A stretch of DNA of 64,000 bases, from assembly GCA_045534635.1 (NCBI GenBank), contig JAZSKB010000038.1, positions 7,778 through 71,777 on the forward strand, in the 5' to 3' direction. The stretch's first letter is position 1. Every line of letters begins with the position of its first letter. The notes below the pieces were generated by a model. That model was not told the DNA's origin. It ran no database searches and worked only from the letters and a program-made list of their open reading frames with translations. A program made the position numbers and the translations under genes. Below, one piece after another: positions 1 through 7,771 of this stretch. The DNA is from Bacteroidales bacterium. GTDB lineage: Bacteria > Bacteroidota > Bacteroidia > Bacteroidales > WCHB1-69.

Positions 1-221
1 ACTATTTTCGGTCTTTGCCGCTACATAGCAGCCAACAGGAGACAGAACGCAATGAGCACTATTCGCTTTTTTCCTACCGCTTGAAACCCACTTTTGATTT
101 TATGCAGGAACTGCTTTCCCATGGCAGTACCGTGGAAGTGCTCCAACCACTCTCTTTAAGAAAAGATATAGCAGACGAAATACGCGAAATGGCAAAACAT
201 TATCAAACAAGGAAGAAATGA
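1..221 (+). CDS. 3' end of a WYL-type transcriptional regulator (C-terminal extension only). The 5' part lies outside the window.
   Basis: The frame is open to the window edge and stops at 219-221. The tail GSTVEVLQPLSLRKDIADEIREMAKHY resembles the conserved C-terminal end of WYL/YafY/BrxR-like regulators. Recognised from memory only. Confidence 0.4.
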   Translation, partial: YFRSLPLHSSQQETERNEHYSLFSYRLKPTFDFMQELLSHGSTVEVLQPLSLRKDIADEIREMAKHYQTRKK

Positions 222-237
222 ATAAAAGTAGCAAAAA

Positions 238-319
238 TTGCATTACGACCGTGCAAAATTTTGAAAAAATTGCACGATGGCTAAGCATTTTTTAAGAAAA
301 TTTGCATTACGACCATGCA
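238..319. repeat. Two 18-bp direct repeats, TTGCATTACGACC(G/A)TGCA at 238-255 and 302-319, flank a degenerate inverted copy at 269-286.
   Basis: Read directly. The two direct copies match at 17/18. The middle element TGCACGATGGCTAAGCA matches the reverse complement at about 12/17. CGTGCAA (250-256) and TTGCACG (270-276) also form a 7-bp inverted repeat. Confidence 0.6.
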
Positions 320-328
320 CTTTTTTGT

Positions 329-358
329 AAAAAAAATAGGCGGAAGTATGTTCCGCCT
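329..358 (-). terminator. Rho-independent terminator downstream of the 376..1503 gene.
   Basis: Perfect 8-bp stem AGGCGGAA (338-345) / TTCCGCCT (351-358) with loop GTATG. On the minus strand it is followed by a T-run (plus-strand A-run 329-337). Confidence 0.6.
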
Positions 359-375
359 AAAAGTATTGTTACCGC

Positions 376-1503
376 CTAAATCTTTTTTGCTATATTTATA
401 ATTGTTTCAAATGTCTTTTTTGCGGTATTAATATCTTCCACATCAAAATCTTCGTATAAAATATAGTCTTCGTGTTTGGTTAAAACTTTTCGAATTTCTT
501 TAATTTCATAAATTTTGCTGCTTTTTAAATTTATATCTCTCTCTTGTTTTTCTAAACAACAGCTCAAAGTTTCATAAGTATCATTCAAACTTATATATAA
601 CCAATAATCTTTTTTATTTATTTTCAAATCCTTGACTAAAATATCAATATCTTTTTTTGTAACATTATGATTTTGCTCATTTTCAGGAATCCATTTTTTA
701 ACTTCATCTTTTAGTCTCTCTCGTATGAAATTAATGAATTCATCATTAAAATTTTGTACTTTATTTTGTTCTACTATGAGTGTTTTTAAGTCATTTCCAT
801 ATTTTTCTTCAAAAAAAACTTTCATGTTTTTATCCATTTCATCTCCTTTTTTTAATATTTCTAAATAATTTACATACTGTTCTAATGCACTTCTCAATTC
901 AATTTCTTTGCACGGCAAGATGTCGAGTTCTTTTTTTAACCACAACAAAATGTCATACATATAGGAAAGATTTAAAAAGCGAGCAGAATATTCGCTTTCC
1001 TCTCTTTTTGAACTCCATGTATCACTACTTGGACTTTGATAATATTTAGTCAGATAAACTATATAAATATCGGCTTTACTATATTCTTTTTTCTGAATTC
1101 TGTCAATGTATCTTGATAGTTGTTTATCTTGATCAACTGCCCCACAGATCTTATTCTCAATTATTATTGCACTATCTTTGTTCATAATCAGAACATCAAT
1201 TCTGTCTTTTTCCTGCGTGATTTCTGGAGAGACAATATTTATTTTTGAAAAATCACAACTAGAACCTTCCTTATCATTAATATACTCCAACAACGACTCC
1301 AAAAACACATATTTCCTTTCTTGGTCTCTATATTGCAGGATTTTAGCTAAAATACGGCTATGTGCATTCTCATTTATATGCAACTCCTCAATAATATTGA
1401 GATGGTAGGGTTGTTTCTCTTTTACTTCGTCCAATTTTTGACAGTAATCCTCCGCAAATTGGAGAATCTGTGCGGCTGTAATATCTTGCTGTTCTTTACT
1501 CAT
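376..1503 (-). CDS. PD-(D/E)XK nuclease family protein (PDDEXK_4-like).
   Basis: N-terminal ENAHSRILAKILQY motif, then RIDVLIMNKDSAIIIENK (D...ExK core) and QLSRYID. Paralog of the next gene. Confidence 0.7.
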   Translation of the reverse strand: MSKEQQDITAAQILQFAEDYCQKLDEVKEKQPYHLNIIEELHINENAHSRILAKILQYRDQERKYVFLESLLEYINDKEGSSCDFSKINIVSPEITQEKDRIDVLIMNKDSAIIIENKICGAVDQDKQLSRYIDRIQKKEYSKADIYIVYLTKYYQSPSSDTWSSKREESEYSARFLNLSYMYDILLWLKKELDILPCKEIELRSALEQYVNYLEILKKGDEMDKNMKVFFEEKYGNDLKTLIVEQNKVQNFNDEFINFIRERLKDEVKKWIPENEQNHNVTKKDIDILVKDLKINKKDYWLYISLNDTYETLSCCLEKQERDINLKSSKIYEIKEIRKVLTKHEDYILYEDFDVEDINTAKKTFETIINIAKKI

Positions 1504-1552
1504 TCTATTGTTGTTTTAATTAATCAAAATCAATTTCGCAAATTGTTTTTTA

Positions 1553-2749
1553 TCATTTTCTTAAAGACTTCAATTCTTCAAGTATTTTTTCTATAAATTC
1601 ATATAATTTGTCCTCTTCAAAAAAACTAAAATGTTTTTCACATCGGAGTTTATCTTCTTCCTTGATAACAAAACCTTTTAGTGAAGTTGGACCTTCTATA
1701 AAATTTGAAAATAATTCTTCTGATATTTTGTCATAAGATTTATCATTTGGTGCCCAAAATTGTACACTATATCCATCTTCGAAGCACCAAATATCCATTT
1801 TGTAATATACATTATTAACTATAGCTCCCTCAAAAACAGCATCATTGTTTGAATAAATCCATATTTTAGAGAAAGGGGAGCAATTTCCACTAAACTTTTC
1901 TTGAATGCGAAAGGCTAAATACTTTGGTATTTCATTCATCATATTCCTGATTGATTGTGCTGTTTGCAGATTGTCTTTCTGCAATAATTCTTTGTAAAAT
2001 TTTTCTAAAACAATATTATCCATAATATTACGATTTAATTTCTTTATTAAGATTGTATATTGTCGCAATGTAGAAACAACATCTATATCATTTGACAATA
2101 GGATAGATGGTTGTAACCAATCCTTAACCAAATTGATTTCTCCAGATTTATCATAAGCCGGTATTATAACCAGTAGTGGATTCACATTGTCTTTATCTTC
2201 TTGAGTCCAATCATCTATACTTGGCTTTTTATGAATATCTAATGGAATATACACGATTACATCAACAATATATGAGTTTTGAGTAACATAGTCATAATAA
2301 CGAGGTATTTGCCGTTGCATATCAACAGCATTGTTGATTTTATTCTCAATAATAATAGCCTTTTTAGTGGTATTAGATTTTATAAGTATATCAATCTTCC
2401 CCTCTTCTCGAGTAGCTTCAACATCTTGATAATCATTAGAATCTATATTTTTCGCTTTTTTATTGAGCATTTCAATGAATGTGTTAAGATATACACTTCC
2501 TCCTCCATGTTTTTCTTTAGGATTTAAGAAGAAAGAAATAATATCTGAATGAAAGTTCTCCCTATAATACAAATCGGAGACGAGGTGAAAGACATTAAAT
2601 ATTTCCTTTTGATCGTCTTCCTTTGATTTGATATAATCTTTGCTAATAGAGGAACACTTATTCAATAAGCCTGACACAATATCAATATGTTTATTGATTT
2701 GTAGTTGCCATGTCTTTAATAATTCTATTTCTTTTTCCATTGAAATCAT
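1553..2749 (-). CDS. PD-(D/E)XK nuclease family protein (PDDEXK_4-like), divergent tandem paralog.
   Basis: RENFHSDIISFFLNPKEKHGGG, then KIDILIKSNTTKKAIIIENK and QIPRYYDY. The motif order is the same as in 376..1503. Confidence 0.7.
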   Translation of the reverse strand: MISMEKEIELLKTWQLQINKHIDIVSGLLNKCSSISKDYIKSKEDDQKEIFNVFHLVSDLYYRENFHSDIISFFLNPKEKHGGGSVYLNTFIEMLNKKAKNIDSNDYQDVEATREEGKIDILIKSNTTKKAIIIENKINNAVDMQRQIPRYYDYVTQNSYIVDVIVYIPLDIHKKPSIDDWTQEDKDNVNPLLVIIPAYDKSGEINLVKDWLQPSILLSNDIDVVSTLRQYTILIKKLNRNIMDNIVLEKFYKELLQKDNLQTAQSIRNMMNEIPKYLAFRIQEKFSGNCSPFSKIWIYSNNDAVFEGAIVNNVYYKMDIWCFEDGYSVQFWAPNDKSYDKISEELFSNFIEGPTSLKGFVIKEEDKLRCEKHFSFFEEDKLYEFIEKILEELKSLRK

Positions 2750-2768
2750 AACAATTATTTTCCAATCG

Positions 2769-2776
2769 CAAAATTA
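2769..2776 (-). promoter_or_regulatory. Bacteroidota -7 box (TAATTTTG on the minus strand) for the PD-(D/E)XK gene pair.
   Basis: The plus strand reads CAAAATTA, 20 nt upstream of the ATG at 2749. No comparable box lies in the 49-nt gap before the second paralog. Confidence 0.45.
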
Positions 2777-2912
2777 CAACTTTTTCAAATACTTTTTGCA
2801 AAATACTGATTTTTTTTTAGTTACACATTTCACCTTTTTGTCATAAAACAATATCCAACCTACTACAAAGGATTGTTTTGTTAGGATTTAATCCGTCCGG
2901 ATATTTCATTTT

Positions 2913-3521
2913 TTAATTTTTGTTATTAGGAAGAAAGTACAAGCTTTCATGGGATTTTTCAAGTATGCGATGAACTCCGTGGGTGATTACGTCGGGTTCA
3001 TCGTTAAAATGTACCGGAAGATGGGTTATTTGGGTTATTTTATTTCCCATGTTTTTAAATCGGTCGTCGTATCTGGTCATATAGATGCCGTTTCCGTCAA
3101 TAATGTCTGCAGAAACTTGTAGCGGAGCTTCTTCCAAAAAACGGAGAATGTCGTTTGCTATTGATTCGGCTTTAAGATTGTTGCCGATCATGTCACATAT
3201 AATTCCGCCTAAAGCAACAATAGCTGCTTCGTAAAAGTCTTGTTCAATGTTCACTATCAAATTGCCTTCCGCTATGTCAGCCACACTCAATTCCATACCA
3301 TAGGCTATCGCCATGATGGTGTGTAAGATGTTACAGTGCTCGTAGCCTGAAATTTCTGCAGCTTTTCTTAAATGGCATACATCTTCTTTACAAAAATTTA
3401 TCGAAATGCAAATGATGACACCATTCTCGCGTTCAATTACATGTATTTGTTTTTTAATATCCTTATTAACATCGTTTAAATGTTGAAAGAATAAATCTAA
3501 TTTTTGATTTTTGTTGTCCAT
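2913..3521 (-). CDS. Hypothetical protein, distal partner of the AAA+ ATPase.
   Basis: 202-aa ORF lying 39 nt downstream of the AAA+ gene on the same strand. I recognise no family. There is a weak actin/Hsp70-fold-like stretch, RKAAEISGYEHCNILHTIMAIAYGME. Confidence 0.55.
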   Translation of the reverse strand: MDNKNQKLDLFFQHLNDVNKDIKKQIHVIERENGVIICISINFCKEDVCHLRKAAEISGYEHCNILHTIMAIAYGMELSVADIAEGNLIVNIEQDFYEAAIVALGGIICDMIGNNLKAESIANDILRFLEEAPLQVSADIIDGNGIYMTRYDDRFKNMGNKITQITHLPVHFNDEPDVITHGVHRILEKSHESLYFLPNNKN

Positions 3522-3560
3522 AATTTGTCTTATTTTATATTTAACATTTTATCTTTATTT

Positions 3561-5210
3561 CTAAAATCCTATTCTTCGTTTTTCCGATTTGTCTAAACAT
3601 TCGTTGTTGCAATGCTCGATTAATTTTTCCAAAGAAACGGTTTTCTCACCTTGCAACACGGTGTCTATGGTATAATGCCGGGCGACATTTTCTATCTGTC
3701 CGCCGCTAAAGTCGTATTTCTCCGCCAAAATTTTTATGTCGGCTTCCGGCAAATCGGGAAGCATGGATTGCCATATTTGCATTCTGGCCTTCAAGGCAGG
3801 CTTGTTGAATTTGATTTTATAGAGAAACCTGCGTTCAAAAGCCCTGTCCATGTTTTGGGCGAGATTGGTGGTGGCAATGAGTATGCCGTTGAGCGTTTCC
3901 ATCTCTTGCAGGATGATGTTCTGAATAGCATTCTCCATCTTGTCAACCGCATCTGAGGCACTTTCTTTACGCATGCCGATAATGGCATCTGCCTCGTTGA
4001 AAAGCAAAATGGGCGTCATATCAGATTTTTCCACATTCGAGCGGTACTTGTCGAAAATCTGCTTGATGTTTTTTTCACTTTCTCCCACCCACATACTCTT
4101 GATTTTGGAAATATTCACCTGCATGATGTCGCGTCCTGCTTGGCGGGCCAATTGCAAGACGGTTTCCGTCTTGCCGGTGCCGGGTGCACCATAAAACAAG
4201 CAGGAAAAACCGCTATTGAAACCTTTTTCCTTTAATTGATGACAAATGTGGTGATAATTGTCTCCTTCCAAAAGTTGGCCAAGATTACTAATCTGATTGG
4301 CTATCTCTTGATCATAGAAAAGCTGTTTTTTCTGAATATCCTCATAACGAAGAAATTGCTGACGATCGTTAGACATCATATTTAATTGTAGTTCAGAAAA
4401 AAGTGTCTGTTTGGCCGCCCATGTCAGACAAAATGAATTAGCGTCAGCAAAACCATTGTTATTGACATATTCTATCAATTTGGCATCTTGCAAGGGATGT
4501 ATATTAAATTTAAGTTTTGCTTTAAGTGTTCTAAATTCACTTTTTTTGTCGTAAAAGAATTCCAAGTCATAATAATGGACATTGTCATCGCTATTGTTAA
4601 CAAATAAGTGGGCAAACAATACCAACAGGTTTTCTTCGGCTTTATTTAATTTGAAACTTTTCAATTTTTGAACAAAAACCAAATGTTTGTTTTTCTCCAA
4701 CAATTCCTGTATGCGATTGGAAGCTAAGGCTGTAGTCGTTTCCTCATCTTCCCGCAACACCATGATTTCTCCTATCCTATTGAACAACTCATCACAACTA
4801 AGATTTGAATAATCCTTTGGCGTGTATTTCTCATTGTTTTTAAAAGCCTCTATCACATCCCACGGAACACGGTAACTCAAACCCATATTAGAGCGTTTTC
4901 CACAAATTAAACCTTTGCTTTCCAATACGTCAATGTCTTTCATAAACCGAATGATGCGAATGGTACTGCATTTGAGTTGCTTGGCAAAATCACTTATGCA
5001 AATGCTTGCATCACTGCTGTTATCCATAAAAAGTGCCATCATAAGGCTTTGCTCCTTGGTAATATCCAGTTGGGAGGAAAGATATTTCAATGGTTTTGAC
5101 AGTTTTTTAAAAAACGCTGCATCAAACTGCGAAGTTTTGGAAAATTCTACAATTTCTTCCACAGCGCTTAACATATCCATTTTTTGTTTTGCATTTTTCT
5201 TCGTTTCCAT
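3561..5210 (-). CDS. AAA+ ATPase (classic CDC48/FtsH-type module) with an N-terminal wHTH-like region.
   Basis: Walker A is GAPGTGKT and Walker B is ILLFNEADAI. Sensor and arginine-finger region: ATTNLAQNMDRAFERRF. The N-terminal part contains STIRIIRFMKDIDVLESKGLI. Confidence 0.85.
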   Translation of the reverse strand: METKKNAKQKMDMLSAVEEIVEFSKTSQFDAAFFKKLSKPLKYLSSQLDITKEQSLMMALFMDNSSDASICISDFAKQLKCSTIRIIRFMKDIDVLESKGLICGKRSNMGLSYRVPWDVIEAFKNNEKYTPKDYSNLSCDELFNRIGEIMVLREDEETTTALASNRIQELLEKNKHLVFVQKLKSFKLNKAEENLLVLFAHLFVNNSDDNVHYYDLEFFYDKKSEFRTLKAKLKFNIHPLQDAKLIEYVNNNGFADANSFCLTWAAKQTLFSELQLNMMSNDRQQFLRYEDIQKKQLFYDQEIANQISNLGQLLEGDNYHHICHQLKEKGFNSGFSCLFYGAPGTGKTETVLQLARQAGRDIMQVNISKIKSMWVGESEKNIKQIFDKYRSNVEKSDMTPILLFNEADAIIGMRKESASDAVDKMENAIQNIILQEMETLNGILIATTNLAQNMDRAFERRFLYKIKFNKPALKARMQIWQSMLPDLPEADIKILAEKYDFSGGQIENVARHYTIDTVLQGEKTVSLEKLIEHCNNECLDKSEKRRIGF

Positions 5211-5231
5211 TATTTGAATTTTTTACTTGTA

Positions 5232-5275
5232 AAACGCTGCAAAATTAGCACATGACTATGCAAAATTTTGGCATA
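5232..5275 (-). promoter_or_regulatory. Conserved promoter cassette, copy 1 (upstream of the AAA+ gene).
   Basis: GCTGCAAAATTAG...ACTATGCAAAA.TTTGGCATA. It contains CAAAATTA (5240-5247), which is TAATTTTG on the minus strand, about 30 nt before the ATG at 5210. Confidence 0.5.
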
Positions 5276-5299
5276 ATTATAAAAATAAAAAACGGCCAC

Positions 5300-5872
5300 C
5301 TATTTTTTGATTTCCCTCCTCGGCTGTATCATGCATTTGGAGTCAAGTTTTAATTTCATGGCAATGGCGGCACATGCTTCCGCATCGGCTAATGCATAAT
5401 GGTGGTTTTCCATGTGGTAGCCGCAAGCCTCCGCAACGGTATGCAGCTGATGATTTTCCAAATTCCGCAAATTAAGTCGCGAAGCTTTCAGCGTACAATA
5501 AAAGCGGCGGCAGCTCCATAATTCCCAGTCCATCCTGTACATTTCCATCACAGCCTGCAAACAAGCCCTGTCAAACGGGGCATTGTGGGCGACAAGCGGA
5601 AGTCCCTTTATCTTGGACGCTATTTTTCCCCAAACCAAAGGAAACACCTCGGCATTGTCGGTGTCTTCGTGCCCGAGCCCGTGAACGCTTCGGCAAATGC
5701 GACTATAATAATTGGGGTCCGGTTTGATAAGACTGTAGAATTTTTCTTTTATCTCTCCGTTTCTAACTATCACTATTCCCACACTGCACACGCTTGAACG
5801 TTGTCCGTTGGCTGTCTCAAAATCTATAGCGGCAAAATTTTTCATTTCTTTTTCAATTCTATTAAAAAACAA
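5300..5872 (-). CDS. DEDDh 3'-5' exonuclease (DnaQ/epsilon-like).
   Basis: ExoI is AIDFETAN, ExoII is AHNAPFDRACL, and ExoIII is HHYALADAEACA. The start may instead be the internal Met at 5845. Confidence 0.8.
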   Translation of the reverse strand: MFFNRIEKEMKNFAAIDFETANGQRSSVCSVGIVIVRNGEIKEKFYSLIKPDPNYYSRICRSVHGLGHEDTDNAEVFPLVWGKIASKIKGLPLVAHNAPFDRACLQAVMEMYRMDWELWSCRRFYCTLKASRLNLRNLENHQLHTVAEACGYHMENHHYALADAEACAAIAMKLKLDSKCMIQPRREIKK

Positions 5873-5874
5873 AC

Positions 5875-6249
5875 TTACTCATCATGAGAAAAATATACAA
5901 TTTGATACGGTTTGCTTGTCATTTTGCATAACTCAATATCATGTTTAGTCCCTTTTGATTCTCCGTCCCAAAATGCAATGCAAAAATCACACTTTGAGAT
6001 TATTTCCTCGTTCCGAATATAGCCTGCCATTTTTCCCAGTTGTTTCCATTGCGGTTTTATCACCTCTATAGGAATTTGGTGCTCTTCGGCATATCTTTCC
6101 GCCAAAGTGTCGGCTCCTCTGGCACCTCCCGAAACAATGGTTTTAAAACTGATAGTCTGCAATTTTTGAGATAACAACTCGTAATCCATAAAACTTTTGG
6201 AACCTACTACCGCTAAAACGGAATAGCTCTTTTTTTCTTGTGTTTCCAT
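5875..6249 (-). CDS. SLOG-superfamily protein (DUF2493/YspA-like, DprA-type Rossmann fold).
   Basis: VVGSKSF...IVSGGARGADTLAERYAEEH is a glycine-rich nucleotide-binding motif typical of DUF2493. It ends 2 nt before the exonuclease start. Confidence 0.6.
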   Translation of the reverse strand: METQEKKSYSVLAVVGSKSFMDYELLSQKLQTISFKTIVSGGARGADTLAERYAEEHQIPIEVIKPQWKQLGKMAGYIRNEEIISKCDFCIAFWDGESKGTKHDIELCKMTSKPYQIVYFSHDE

Positions 6250-6275
6250 ATCTTTCTTATTAATACTTAATTGAT

Positions 6276-6320
6276 TTACGGCTGCAAAATTAGAAACCGA
6301 CTATGCAAAAGTATGGCATA
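6276..6320 (-). promoter_or_regulatory. Conserved promoter cassette, copy 2 (upstream of SLOG-exonuclease).
   Basis: TTACGGCTGCAAAATTAGAAACCGACTATGCAAAAGTATGGCATA, matching copy 3 at 42/45. The -7 box is at 6285-6292. Confidence 0.55.
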
Positions 6321-6389
6321 AATTGTAAATTTTCATTCCTCCTTTAACCTGTCACACAAAAAAGTGGCTCGGAAAAATGTATTTTTTAA

Positions 6390-7043
6390 TTACATAAAAT
6401 CCAAGTCCACTTTCACTTCACAATAAAACTCACGGCAGTAAATAAAATCGGTGATGGCGAATTTGGTATGGTCGAACAGATTGTGGAAGGCAGATGTCAG
6501 ATGAAGGTCTTTGGTCAGTTCTTGGTCAAGACCTTCGTTCCAGTTGGGCGGAGGACAATTCATACCGATAAAATCGTCAAAGTCGTTGGAAGAAAGATCA
6601 TTAAATCCTGACAATCCTAATCCGAGAGGGAAAGTTACACCGCTATCGTACAATGGATTCCAACCGGAATCCTGCAGGGCATCCCAAAGTTCCTGACGAT
6701 TCTCTCCTTGCAAAGGATGGAGAACCGGATAATCTCTGCCCAAGAAGCAATAAGCCTCCACCTCTATATCTTTGCTGAAATCTTTGTTGGCTTCGTATAT
6801 AGCATGAGCTTTGTCAAACATTTTTCGCAAAGCTTCACTCATGGCATCATTAAAAGCAATGATATCGGGCAAAAGCAATTCCTGATATTGCAACACACGC
6901 CGATTAATGATATTTTGTCTGACTTCCAACAAACTTTGTTCGTTTGTATAGTCGTGGTCTTTGCTCCATCTTCCACACGACAAAATAATTTGGTCTTCAA
7001 GTACCTTTAAGGCATCATCTTGTAATAAATCTTTGATGTTCAT
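6390..7043 (-). CDS. Acidic hypothetical protein (217 aa with the corrected start).
   Basis: The ORF track starts at 7091, but the -7 box at 7076-7083 lies inside that extension. The Met at 7043 (MNIKDLLQDD) is the likely start. I recognise no family. Confidence 0.55.
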   Translation of the reverse strand: MNIKDLLQDDALKVLEDQIILSCGRWSKDHDYTNEQSLLEVRQNIINRRVLQYQELLLPDIIAFNDAMSEALRKMFDKAHAIYEANKDFSKDIEVEAYCFLGRDYPVLHPLQGENRQELWDALQDSGWNPLYDSGVTFPLGLGLSGFNDLSSNDFDDFIGMNCPPPNWNEGLDQELTKDLHLTSAFHNLFDHTKFAITDFIYCREFYCEVKVDLDFM

Positions 7044-7066
7044 TGTATTATTATTGTTTAATGTTT

Positions 7067-7111
7067 TTACGGCTGCAAAATTAGAAACCAATTATGCAAA
7101 AGTGTGGCATA
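7067..7111 (-). promoter_or_regulatory. Conserved promoter cassette, copy 3.
   Basis: TTACGGCTGCAAAATTAGAAACCAATTATGCAAAAGTGTGGCATA, with the -7 box at 7076-7083. Confidence 0.55.
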
Positions 7112-7198
7112 GACTCAAAAAAGAATATTTTATGCAATATTTTTCCCTTTTGTCGTGTATTTTGACAATAATGGCAGAAAAAGTTTATTAAAATTTTC

Positions 7199-7771
7199 TT
7201 AATCTATCGGATCGCTGCAATATTCCCGCCGTTTGCAGGTTTTGCAGTGCAGTCCCATCCATACCTCGTCGTATTGCTTTATGGCTTGTTCCACTATTTC
7301 GGGCTCATCGGTAAGGATGCCCGCTTCGAAATTGCGGGTATTTTCTCCTTTCATGCCGATGCCGGCACCGGTAAGGTTGGCACTTCCGATGTAAACTTCT
7401 TTACAATCAAAGACTATCATTTTAAAATGAACTCTTGGACAGAGCACTCGCTCCAAGCGGTCGAACAGCACAGGGTATTTGTCAAAATCCTCTTGGAAAG
7501 CCGGACCCGGCTCCTTGGCGTGAATGAGCCTTACCTCCACACCCTTTCGGATAAGTTGGGCAATGATAGCCAAAAACGGCTTTTTCTCTCCTCCTGCCTC
7601 CACATACAAGTCCTTGATATCGGCAGTGCCAATCCATAGCGTCTGCTTTACTGACTTTACCCGCGAAAGCACTTCTTTGTAATGGTCAATATTGGAGATG
7701 TAGGTGAGCATAGGGAAGTTATTCACAAATCTTGTTTTGACAATCATCGTAGCAAGGTTTGTTTTGTTCAT
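7199..7771 (-). CDS. Single-HKD phospholipase D-superfamily nuclease (Nuc-like) with a C-terminal Cys cluster.
   Basis: HFKMIVFDCKEVYIGSANLT fits HxK(x)4D(x)6GSxN. The tail is HCKTCKRREYC. The start is ambiguous: 7771 overlaps the upstream gene by 53 nt, and 7711 (MLTYISN) leaves a 7-nt gap. Confidence 0.8.
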   Translation of the reverse strand: MNKTNLATMIVKTRFVNNFPMLTYISNIDHYKEVLSRVKSVKQTLWIGTADIKDLYVEAGGEKKPFLAIIAQLIRKGVEVRLIHAKEPGPAFQEDFDKYPVLFDRLERVLCPRVHFKMIVFDCKEVYIGSANLTGAGIGMKGENTRNFEAGILTDEPEIVEQAIKQYDEVWMGLHCKTCKRREYCSDPID

